Assembly (NCBI GenBank): GCA_026936335.1
Contig: JAPMXV010000076.1
Coordinates: forward strand, 62,001-126,000
DNA: 64,000 nucleotides
Origin: Mantamonas sphyraenae STR306
Taxonomy: Eukaryota > Protista > CRuMs
Direction: 5' to 3'
In this document: one piece after another, positions 45,748 through 57,340 of the stretch
Position numbering within the stretch: the first letter of the stretch is position 1
How the letters are laid out: every line of letters begins with the position of its first letter
Translations under genes and position numbers: made by a program
Notes under the pieces: model-generated
Seen by the model: the letters and a program-made list of their open reading frames with translations, nothing else
Databases searched by the model: none
Told to the model about the DNA's origin: nothing

Positions 45748-46472
45748 GTGTCCCTTTTCGCTTGATTCTTCCTGGTGTGTGGGTGGTGGTTGACTTGGTC
45801 AAAGGGGGGCACACGGGACGAAAAGCAGCCCTTCCATGCACCTCTCCATCCCCACTCACTCTTCTTGGACAGCTGGCCCAGACGTAGAGTTGCCTTCACC
45901 CTGACGAATGACAGCGTGGTGCGTTGTGTGGTTCAGTGCCCCAGTGCCCCACTCCACACAGTGGACACCACCGACGCATGGGGTGGCCAAACACACGTGC
46001 AATGAGCATGGAATGGGCAACCCGAGACACACATGGCCACACATCGTGACACCATTGGCAGCATGGTGTGGAGGTGGGAGGTGCAGATGCTCATCCTCCT
46101 CCTCATTCCCCGTTCTGTGTTGGCTGACAGGGGGAATGGGGTGGGGGGTGGGGACGGTGAATGTCATGCAATGTGGATTGACATGAGTCAGGATGGCAGT
46201 CGTTCTGGGTTTCGGAGGAAGGTTGATAGATGCGTCGCTGCGCACCCACTCTTGCAGTTCCTTTTCTTTCCCCCCGCTTTTGTTCAAACGTACGGTCGGG
46301 TGGCTGACCTGTAGAATGTGGATGTTCGGGATGGCCATCCACTGTTGGAGGGGGAGGAGTGGTCTTTGACGTCTCGGGTGTCACCTTTTGCAACCGCCGT
46401 GGCTCGCTCCCTCGATGTTTGAGCAGCACGTGGATCATTGGACACAGAAGGAGAATGCAGGGAGGTGTGCTG

Positions 46473-47160
46473 GAGTCCACCCTGGGAACACGTTGACCAC
46501 ACCCGCGTGTGCAGGGAGGCAGAGACACACTGGCACAATTTCACTCGGTGGCGCCAGATCCCGTGGCCTGCGTTCTCTCCCCTGCCGAGGGTCATACAGG
46601 CCTGTAGAAAGCACATGCGCCCTATCCACCCGTGTATACGCCCTGTGGAATGTGCCACGTCACCCTCCACATGTCAACAGAGGTCCCACGCGTGAACACG
46701 GGCCGGAGGAAACCCACATTCGACTTGACGTGTGTGGATTCTGACCACCCGTTCTCCGCCGCTGCACCGCGCCACAGACCTCACCACCCCGCCACACTCT
46801 GCATCCGGCCCCGTGTCACAGAGTGCCACCCGTTGCCTGCGTCTCAGTTTTGGGTGAAATTCTGGCCGATCCTTTTTGCCATGGGCGATGTCGGCACTTT
46901 TTCCACTCCAAAATGGAACCCCACCTGAAACTTGGTCCATGCGTGGGTTGGCCATGGAAACCTCGACCTCTTCCTCAGCAGGATCACATGCGCTGTGTAT
47001 GCCGAGAACGGGGAGGTTGTTTGTGTTGTGTTTTTTCCAGTTGGCCAGCACGGCGCATTGTGCCCCAACGAACAAGGTGAATGGAGAAAGCAATGCATCC
47101 CTTCCAATGGTGACAGAATCACCCACTGCCTGTCCTTCCCGAGTCTGGATTGCGTGTGCC
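46473..47160 (+). repeat. Dispersed repeat family C, copy 3
   Basis: Colinear with 31858-32535 and 49553-50194. Confidence 0.9.
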
Positions 47161-47409
47161 ACGAGCGCCGGCGCTCTCTATCTTTCATCCCACCGGTGCC
47201 CCGCGCAGCTGTCGTGAGACACCTCTCACTCAATTAGGCGGCGACACTGCGTAGCAGAACTGTGCCATGCACTTTTTGCGGGCAGGGGTCTTCTCACGCT
47301 CACCGATCACTGCGGTCCCGTGATCTCCGCCGCTCGCAGGCACCACGGTCACCCCATGCACTGACAAGGATCTAAACCTGCACTGAGTGCCTCCACACAA
47401 AAGAAGGAT

Positions 47410-49403
47410 CTATTCCTCCACGCAGCTGATGCTGATTTGGTCTCCCTGACTGAAAAGCGTTGCTGCCGGGTACCAGTCTTCTTCAGAGTTGATGCTCCGC
47501 AACCGGTAGCGAACCTGTTTGGAGGTCACCGTCAACGTGATCACAAGCTGACCATGTGCGTCGCAAATCAACGTCACTTCGTCTCCCGGATTCAGCGGCT
47601 CCACGTCGCGCACCATCCTGCCACTCTGCCAAAGTTCCCCCCGTGTGTTCACGCCTATGCCTGCCTTCCCCCCAGAGAATTCGTCTGTCGGATGTGTTAG
47701 TGCGTGCCAAACAAACCTCCACTGTCTCTTCCGAACAACTCACACAAAGGGGTTCCTTGGGATGGAAAGCTGCCACGGACGACGCCGATCGTGTTTGCGA
47801 TCTCAAAGTGTTCACACTTGAACTTGCACGTCATCCCGACTCGCAGCGGTTGTTTTGCGACCCACAGCAAAGGTGTCTCTGACTGCGATGTAACTTTTGC
47901 GCCGTCATTGCGAAATTCCCCAAGGTGGTGAGGGACTCGCAATAAATCAACTTGCATCCCTGCGCTCAAGGATGCACGCCACTGGTTGAATACAGGTTGC
48001 TGGCCGTCTTGGATCAGTGTGCGATCCTCCAAGGCGTTCATGAGCGTCTCCATCCGCACGTATCTCGTGTCCCAGCGACCTTTCACCTTGAAGGATCGCA
48101 GCACATCCCCCGAAAGCAGCCCAAAGCGAACACATTCGAGCACTCGCCTTCTAACGTCATCACATTGACACGAGTTGTAGCCTTGGGCCATGGCCAACGC
48201 CTCATCCTCCGACTCAACATTCAGGATATCCGAGCCGAGAATGACTTGAACGACGCTGCATGGCCAATCTGTGGGGATCTGATTGTCCAACAGGTATGCA
48301 TGAGCAGCCACGTTCGTACACAGTGTCACGAGCAGGTCGTCATCCAAGTGGTCATTCTGTTGCACCTCGAGGGCGAAACAAAGCATGTCCACATGGAAGG
48401 TGTGATCCAAACTGGACATGAGAGCTTCAATGAAACGAAAATGGAGCTCCGTGCATCGAGAGACCACACTTGGGTGAGAGACATACCCCATCAGAACATG
48501 AGCAAGGACGGACTTCGCTCTGTTAGTGTGTGGGCAGTTGATTCTCATCTTCCTGAACAAGTCGAATGTGTCCATCCACTTCGAGCCGGGGAAAAGCACT
48601 TCGACAACCAGCGCACAGAACACATCCGGGGTCATGAAGCTCAAATCGAACCATGCTTCGTGCACACTCTCGAACATGTTCTCCTTCTGCGCAAGTTGGC
48701 GTACGGCATAGTGGTAGATGTTCTCTCCAGCATCTTGACAATAGCTCGCCACGCGACACATCTCCATGAGATCCTCGACAGAGTGCTCTGCATCCAACCA
48801 AATCATCACGTGTTTGGTCAACGCCGGCATCCGCCAGTACTGAGCGACAAAGAGGAGAGAAAAGCAAAGGCCCGGATTGTGCACGGGCAGAGGGTGTCCG
48901 TAGCACCAAGCCACTGCCTGTCTCATGGCACGCATCACAGCCACACTGGTGCTTTCCGCCGACACCACAATCTTTGGCTCGCCTTCCACGTCCAAACAGT
49001 CCCTCCAGAACCCGCTGTGCAGACACAGGAATAGAGAATGGGCGTCCACGTGTGTGTCCTCGTTTCCATGCGTCGAAGCGTCTGTGTGCGTGAGGGTGTC
49101 AGCGCCCGAGTTTTCGTTGTGTGTGGATTCCATTTCACGCACGCTTTTTTGGTACTCACCGGCGTTGCTGAGTCCCTCAAAGACGATGGTCAGGTCGGTG
49201 CGGAACCCCTGCAGAAACAGGTCGTTGTGTAAATGCGCCAGAGCAGGGCGGTGCGGCAACTGGCCCTGGCTGTTCGTGCTCTGCGGAGTTGCCGGCCCGT
49301 ACGCCTTGTCGTCCCGATCTATGGACAGGTACGCATCCGGTGTCTCGTCCAGCAACTGAGGAATGTCGTTGCGGTTGTCGGCCACGAAGCGCATGAATGT
49401 CAT
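47410..49403 (-). CDS. BTB/POZ - BACK - SPRY-like protein, paralog of 40310-44586; predicted introns 49159-49082 and 47743-47685
   Basis: TDLTIVF...AHSLFLCLHSGFWRD...AVAWCYG; ILGSDILNVESEDEAL...CVRFGLL; TIGVV, GVNTRGEL, PGDEVTL, WYPAATL. Both introns have GTGAGT, CTRAC and CAG, are phase 1, and keep or restore the frame. Confidence 0.85.
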
Positions 49404-49552
49404 ACTCCCCCCGGGTGCTTTTCGGTGTGTGTGGCCCAGGGCACCGTGTTGGCGCTGAGTGGTTTCTATCGCATACATTTTGTCTCTCACACATCCGAAG
49501 GAAATGGGCCAACCAAGACTGTGCTTCACCGAAATCCAGGTGAAGTTCTAAC

Positions 49553-50194
49553 CAGAAACACACTGGCGCAATTTCACTCGGTGGCGCCAGATCCCGTGGC
49601 CTGCGTTCTCTCCCCTGCCGAGGGTCACACAGGCCTGTAGAAAGCACATGCGCCCCAATCATCCGTGTATACGACCTGTGGAATGTGCCACGTCACCCTC
49701 CACATGTCAACAGAGGCCCCACGCGTGAACACGGGCCGGGGAAACCCCCATGGGCCGTGACGTGTGTGGATTCTGACCACCCGTTCCCAGCCGCTGCACC
49801 GCGCCACAGACCTCACCACGCCGCCACACTCTGCATCCGGCCCCGTGTCACAGAGTGGCACCCGTTGCCTGCGTCTCAATTTTGGGTGAAATTTTGGCCA
49901 ATCCTTTTTGCCATGGGCGATGTCGGCACTTTTTCCACTCCAAAATGCAACCCCACCTGAAACTTGGTCCATGCGTGGGTTGGCCTTGGAAACCTCGACT
50001 TGTTCCTCAGCAGGATCACATGCGCTGTGTATGCCGAAAACGGGGAGGTTGTTTGCGTTGTGTTTTTTCCAAGTTGGCCAGCACGGCGCATAGTGCCCAA
50101 ACGAACAACGTGAATGCAGGAAGCAATGCATCCCTTCCAATGGTGACAGAATCACCCACTGCCTGTCCTGCCCGAGTCTGGATTGCGTGTGTGT
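49553..50194 (+). repeat. Dispersed repeat family C, copy 4
   Basis: acacactggcgcaatttcactcggtggcgccagatccc...ctggattgcgtgtg, highly similar to 46525-47160. Confidence 0.9.
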
Positions 50195-50538
50195 CCATCC
50201 GTTCGCGTTGCATCATCATTTCCAATCAAAACCACGGAGCCGGTGGCCATGCGCAGCCCATGATGCGAGACACCCAATCTCGGGATGATCCACTCATCCT
50301 CTCCTCCCCTCTCCCTCTCCCCCTCCGCAATCCTCTCCATGTCTTCAATCTCCTCCCCGTCGACTCTTGCTGACACCAGGGCCACCATCCCCTCCTTTAC
50401 CAAGTGCACCGCCGGCGTGATGCACTCCATGACCAATCTCCTCCTTGCAGCTTCCCAGGTGGCCATTGCGCTGCAGTTCATTATCCAAAGACATCACGCA
50501 CTCGCTCTGGTTCAGCAACCACCAGGCATGCTCTGCTC

Positions 50539-52241
50539 TCATTCTGTGTGAATGATCCATGGTCCCTTGACACCAGCTTCTGGTGAGCATCCATCCTGGA
50601 AAGGGTCCCACATGTTCTCCAACCACGCCAAATGCTCCCCCCACGCGAGCCACGTCCACACCAAGGCAGGCGTCCACATCTCCAGCTGGGTTGGTAAACC
50701 TGACGACGACACAGGCGTTGTCAGCGTCTGCAACCATGCCTCTGTGGCGTCTCGCGTGGGGACACGACCATCGGGAAACATCTGCGTGGTGGCAAGATCG
50801 CCTCCACGATGATCATCTCTTCTGCAGACACAACGCAGAAGCGAGGCCAACAGCACGCGTGGTTTGAGATACGACAGCACAAAGAACAGTGCAGCGTCTT
50901 TCTCCTTCATGGGATCCACCACCGTCGCGGCAGCAAACGGGTGCACCGCCTGCTGCTTGCGTTTGTTCGGTTGCTGTTGCTGCTGCTGCGTGCGTGTCCA
51001 CCACGGTTGCGCGAGGCCCACCACCAGTCGATCCAAGTTGGCAAAGGCTTGGATTCCTGCAGTGGCAGCAAAGTAGGATTCCAGTCGGTGTGTGAGCAGG
51101 ACATCGCCACCGGTTGTGTCACACCACGCGGAGAACCCGATTCCCAGTGGCGTCGGGTGCAGCCATTGACACAAACCAGCCATGGATCCCCAGCGCAATG
51201 GTCGTGGGTGACTCCATGCAGCAACACCAATGCTCAACCACGCACCAAAGTCATCCTTGTCCTCATCGTCCACGTTGTCACCGTCACCATCACCACCACC
51301 ACCACCACCCTCAACTCCTTCTTCCTCCATCTCATTGTCCATGACGGCTGCAACCAGCACGCCCAAACACAGAGCCTCCAAGTGGGCTTTGGTCTGCGGA
51401 CGAGCACTTTCGTCTCGCGGCACAATCAAACGAATCAGCTGCAGCGCAACCATCTCACGCACCGGCCGTTCCGATTCAATGCACACCAAGTCGTTGTCGT
51501 GCACATGAGGAAGCAGCCCGCGGAGCCGAGTGCATACACGGGGCATAGCGTTGTGATGCAGACGCAATCCTTGCTGGAGGAAAGAGTCCACCATCGCTGT
51601 GATGCCCTCTCCCGTCTGTTGCACAAACGACTCGCACATGAGCACGTCCAATGGACACACACACAGGTTGCCGCGGGGCACATGTTCGCCCCTGATGTTG
51701 CGCATGGTCACACGGACGACAAACGGCTGATTGTTCGCAATCACGCCGTTCAACGCCTGCAGCAAGCTGCTACGCCTCAGCAACTCCTCCTCCTCCTCAT
51801 CTCCATCTTCAGTTGCATCGTCATCACCATCACCATAACCACCACCGGCCGTGTTCCTGCCGCCGGGTTGGTTGCGCATTGTGATGATGCCCGTGCGTGC
51901 CTGCCGAATCCCACGCGTGAGCTCGTCACGCACTTGGGTCAAAGGCAGCCGGCCCAACGAGCGCAACGTCATCAGTTCCACGGCCAGGACGTACTGTTGC
52001 TCGTCCGTGATGATCTCCCGAATGGTGTTGCCCCCATCGCTGGGACGCAGGGGCCCATTGGTGCGTTTGTCCATGGCACCCAAGAACGGGTGCAGCTGCG
52101 GTTGCCCATGCGGTGGCAGCTGTGGCCACTCGTGTGCACACTCCGCGCTCAGCTGCTTCTCGACCACGAGTCGTACCACAGTCGCACCGTCGTAATCGTC
52201 ACGCACGTAGTTGTCACGCTCTGTGTGCGGGAAGTTGCCAT

Positions 52242-52289
<48 letters not shown>

Positions 52290-52709
52290 AGAGGGAGAGC
52301 GGTGGTGGGTGGCGTGTGTGTTGTGTGTGTGGAGTGTGGGGTGTGCCACCCTTTTCCTCACCTTCCCGAACGACGACGACAGTGTCATTGGTGACGTGAC
52401 TCTCCTCCTCTTCTGTGCCCTTTGCCATCGTCTGTTCCACACAGAGGCGCTTCGACGCCCTTCCATGCACCACTGCCACTCGGTGGTCCGCACGATCATT
52501 CCAATCCTCCTCCTCCTCCTCCTCCTCCAATTCCACAAACACATCGAATTCACGTCTGCGACGTCGTTGACGTGGACGCTTGATCAGTCCCAGTTTCTTC
52601 ATCATAGTTTCTCGGCGTGGGCTTGCATGAGACACACGCGAGTTGCCTCTGCTGCTGCGGCGCATCATCATTTCTTCTGTGCCCACCCCCACCCCCTGTT
52701 CCTGCTCCA
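50539..52709 (-). CDS. Large hypothetical protein (probably intron-containing; may continue into ORF 50152-50481)
   Basis: 772-aa ORF with globular-looking segments and acidic tracts; an internal (TC)n(AC)n tract near 52245-52300 suggests an in-frame intron. Confidence 0.55.
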
Positions 52710-55700
52710 TCGACTCTGTAGGGGTAATCAACGACCACTGACGGGTGCCCAACACCATGGCAATGCATTGCATGTGGTTTGTGTGAGTGTGCATACCAGC
52801 GTAGAGCGCACACCCACAACGGCTCTTTTTGCAGCGCAGTGGCGTGTACACACGCAACCACAGATGGACTCACCTCTTGCACATCGTACGGTGGTGCTTC
52901 CGGCCCATACCCCTGTGTGTGTGTCCTGGTTGTCATGACAAGGTGAAAAACCAAGCGAGGAGTGGGGATGGTGTGGGACACTGTGCGCATCGTCGTCCAC
53001 CCTCCCACCGTTGTTCCCTATTTGGTCGTTTGCCAAAACGGAATTCCCTCCTTGCCCTCCGTCTGGGGTTTGGTTGGGCACTGTATGGTGTGTCCGAACG
53101 ACAACGACGCAGAACACCACTCACACACACACCACACACACACAAACGAATGTGGCACACATGCACCGGCGCCCATGCGCAAGCGGATGGGTGAAAGATG
53201 ATGCCGCTGTGTGGAGGGTCCCTCAATGTGAGGGTGGGTGGTGCACAGGCACAGGCGCCCCAGGCGGAAAACGCCATCATCACACACACCCCCACACCAC
53301 GCAACATACGCGTCTCCTACTCCTTCCCAAACGAGCCTGGACATTGGATGCCATCATCGAAAGAGGAGGGGTTCCTACACGACGGCAGCGAGTGTCGTCC
53401 ACGCCCCCTCCCGTGGTCCCAAAGGCCAGGCTGGGTGTGTTGGAGGAGGATGCCAAATCGCACGGCGGCAAAAGAGAGAGGAGTTTCTCCAACATGACGG
53501 CAGCAAGGCGTCGTCCACGCTAACCCAGTGGTGTCCTATGCGGCGTATGCGTTGAGTGGCACATGCGCAGAGAGGAAAGGCGACGGGAATGCAAAGCTTT
53601 TTGGTTGTTGTGGTTTGGCTGGTTTGACCAGCGTGTGGTGGGATGGACTCATCGCTCCCGTCCTCCCCAATCAACAAGAGTCTGTGTCGCAACAGAGCAC
53701 ACCCACAATGCACACGGGTTGTGTGTGTGTCCATAAACTACCCCCCATGAGCCGATGCAGCCTACGCAGGCTACCAAGTACTGACGTCGTCCTGCACCAC
53801 CCTACACAATGTGGCACTAGAGGGGATCTGATGCGGACTATGGTGAGGGAGGAGTGCATGCACACTCACTGCACACACCGACAAGCCAAGTGTCTGTCGC
53901 GGAAGCAATCCACACTCACAACCAGACCAAAGCGGGCCCACTAAAAGCGGCTGGACCCTTTCTGACACTGTCTTGGGACGGCATGGGCCGGTCTGAACAC
54001 ACGTCGCAAGACGGCGAAAAGGACCGCAAAATTTAGTTCAAAAGTGAATTGTGAATTTTGATTGAGCGCAAAATTCCGTTCGGGTTTCGAAAATACACAT
54101 TCATGTATGAATCAAAATTTCCACCAACGCTTCCATCATGATTTCGTGACTTTATTGCCCGTTCCCAATTCACCCGTCTCCGCCACATCCGTGTCAAAAC
54201 AGACCGAGATGCGTCCAAGCGGCCTCTTGCACCCATCCCCCGTGGCCTCGGCTTGGTGCTCCTGACGCCAACTCCTCAATGCTCTTTGCACCGCCGCCCC
54301 GCCAACACACCGCTTGCCCTACCAAAAGACCACCACCACCAGGCGTATCACCAAGTGCTATACGCACCAACGGACGAGCACACGCATCCGCTGGTGATTG
54401 CTGATGGTTGTGCACTCTGTGGGCGGTCCCAGCGGGCATTGTGCAACATCCGCGTCGTGAAGCGCGAGAGGCGATACCCAACACAGGCACGAAACAGGTG
54501 TAGATGGGCGTCCAAGCGTGGTTTCAAGTGAAACACGTCGAAACCAGTCCGTACAGGGGAGTGATGGTCAGCCCGTGAGTGTGGTGGATAGATGATGTTG
54601 GATCCCCCCCGAAACTGCCCTCCATCAACCAGCTCCATCCGTTCCAAAAGCATGCCACCAAGGCTTTCAAGTGCCCTCCACCCCCCTGCGTCGCCCACAT
54701 CGTCTGGCGATGTGTCTGCGTGAGTCGGCAAGGCCCCACCGAAATCTCGCGGACGACCAGTGTACACACGAAGGAGAAACGAGACGCCAACCCGCCAAAA
54801 CCCGCCCACACCTTCCCACGATGTCCAGGGACCCTTGTATGCACCACGGACGAGCCCTTGCGTGTTTGTACGGACGTTGGACAAGCAGCCGAGGCGATCC
54901 TCCCCAGCATCCCCCGAAACACATCCAATCGTCTCCAAACGCCCCCACAACGTTAATTCCAACGTCAATCAAATTTTGGCGGGAAATGTGACCGTTGCCA
55001 GCGACATGGCGCCACCATGGCGCGGTTTTTGGAGGTGGTGTCCCCAAAACCATGTCCTCCGCTCGATGTACACGGGCGCATATGCATCACACATACCATG
55101 GACATGCGTACATGGGTACAGGACCCCGTTTGGTACGCTTCACGTGGCCCCACAACGCATCTCTGCTCGTTTCGGGGGCGACGAGATTGGTGGTGATGAT
55201 CTCCCGAGCAGTGCAGGGCCCTCTCGTCACGGCGTTGCCTTTGCAAGCGGGCCCACGTGCGTGCATCGTGCCAATGCGACACTAACCACTCCGTAGAAAC
55301 CCACCATGTGCAATGTGGCGTGCCCAGCATGGGTGGCGGGCGAGCAGTGGAACCCCGAGTTGATTTGCAGATCCAGCTGCTGCTGGCACCGCACAAGGCA
55401 CGGAGAGTCTACGTGCTCACCCTAACCATGCATAATGGCTGTGTGGCACCAACCTCGAGCAGGTGCACGTGACACCAGTGCTGAATGCGACTCATGCGTG
55501 GACGTTCAGGACAACCAAAAAGTTGACTGGGGGAGGGCATCTTTCCCACTCCCCAAATCACATGCCAAAATTGAAAATGACAAGCTTCCAACATAGCACA
55601 CGTGTTCACAAGCCATGAACCCAGTGGGAGGTGGCAAATTTTGCTGGGTTGTGTCGTTTGCCTCGCCGTCTTCTTCGGACCCCTCCATCCCTGAGCTGGT

Positions 55701-56680
55701 CATCCACTCTGAGTTGCTGGAGATGGACCGTGGTTCACAGTGGCCAAAGTTCAGGAACATCAGGTCTTCCATGTCACCGGTGTCATGTGAGTGTGTGCTG
55801 GTCTGCGGCGTCGTCGTCGCTGTGTGAAATCTGCCGTATGGCCTGGTGGGAGGAACACGACGATGTGGTGGTGGATGTGGTCCGTGTGATGCCGACAAAT
55901 GCAGGGCTGATGCGTTTGGGGACGCCGTTGTGGTTTGTGGTGGGTTGTGCAGGCGGACGTTGCAACGGAGTTTGAGCAAAGTGCAGCTGGGCGGTTTGTC
56001 GCGGCTGAGGAGGCGGCGGAGGAGGGTAGAAGTAGTATGTATGACCCTGGTGAGCATATGGGTGGTGCTGCTGGGTGTGGGTGTTGACAGGGACTCAGAT
56101 GATGGGTGGTTGTGGGTACTGGTACGGGTTTTGTACGACGGGGACGGGCCGCATGTTCGGAAACGGCTGGGCAGCCATGGGAGGGACCATGTACCCGTAG
56201 CTGTGTGGAGACGGGAGGGGGATGGACGGGGTGGGAACGGTGAGCGAAAGGCGGAATGGACGCCGTCAGGGCGGAAGCGGGGGTGAAGGGAGGCTGGAAC
56301 GAGCAGGGAGGAAACTGAGCGAGGAGGTCTGGAAAAGGAAACTGGCAACGGGAAGGGCAGTGACAGGGGAGAGGGGATCGGAGAAGAGCGGAGGAGGCAG
56401 CAGAGATGGTGATGGGGAAGTGGCGATGCAGGGGAGGAGTGCAGAGAAGCGAGGGAGACATGGAGGAGGCATGGAAGCGGGAGAAGCGGGCAGTCAGAAA
56501 AACGGAGTGGAAGGCAGAACGCACGCTGGGTAGGTGTTGGGTGTGTGTTGTTGCTTCGGAATGCTTGAATAGTCGTTGTCCATGGTGGTGGTACCGGAGT
56601 GGATGTGGATTGTGTTGGACTGGACTGGAGGGTGTTGGCAATCGAGTGGACAGAGCTGCGTCCCTGTGCCCACAGTGACC

Positions 56681-57340
56681 ATGTTTCTTTTTCTCCTTGA
56701 CGCCGACCCCCACAAGATCGGAAGTCTGCTCGAACCCACGCACGTGACCAGTATGATCCTGGAGGCGACCCAAATGTTGGTGAACAGCCACCACGTGCTG
56801 TGTTCGAGGTGCAGTCTCCGCCACTCTGGACAGGTTCTGCCAACAGTGAACCGCCTGCACCAGCCCTGGACGATCTGGGTCAGGAGCAGTGTCGAAAACT
56901 ACGAATACACCGTCACTCTGGCACTTGCGCTGGTGGAACACCAGGGTGGACACGCGTATCAAGGCCTGCTGGAAACGCTGCGGCAAAACCGGCCCCCGTT
57001 TCAACGCAAACGCAGCGTCAGCAAGTTCACGTTCTACACAAAGCATGACGAGGTTCGCTACGTCAATGGTCGTGCTATTGCAGTGCACCGCTCCCACCAG
57101 GTCTTGCGCAGACGCCTGAGTGGTGCCACGCCCCTGCCGCTGCTCCCTGTCCCGTTGCCACGTGAGTCGGATCCGTTGGCCAAGATGCACAGCGTGAAGC
57201 CAGCTGTTGACATCATGAATGAGTACTACGATAAGCACAAGAGAGCACCAAGCGAAAACGAGGCGAACCCAAATCCTTTCAATCGCGCAAACGCCAGCGC
57301 GTTAGCTAACACGCTCCAGCATGATTCGCCTCAAGGTTGA
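56681..57340 (+). CDS. Pyrimidine-dimer DNA glycosylase / T4 endonuclease V-like family protein (divergent)
   Basis: MFLFLLDADP...HVTSMILEATQML...HQPWTIWVRSSVENY...LALAL...EYYDKHK follows the family pattern MNIF.LD.DP...HV.KMILE.AQML...HP...WVR.S..NY...YY...K. Confidence 0.75.
   Translation: MFLFLLDADPHKIGSLLEPTHVTSMILEATQMLVNSHHVLCSRCSLRHSGQVLPTVNRLHQPWTIWVRSSVENYEYTVTLALALVEHQGGHAYQGLLETLRQNRPPFQRKRSVSKFTFYTKHDEVRYVNGRAIAVHRSHQVLRRRLSGATPLPLLPVPLPRESDPLAKMHSVKPAVDIMNEYYDKHKRAPSENEANPNPFNRANASALANTLQHDSPQG

Noticed and set aside
31858-50194. Family A/B/C repeats as LTRs of retrotransposons
   Set aside because: No gag/pol/integrase between copies, no clear TG...CA termini or target-site duplications, and copy boundaries are ragged.
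54033-55776. Possible multi-exon minus-strand gene (ORFs 54033-54236, 54348-54968, 55506-55776)
   Set aside because: Fragments look partly protein-like, but I could not establish a consistent splice model or a recognisable domain.
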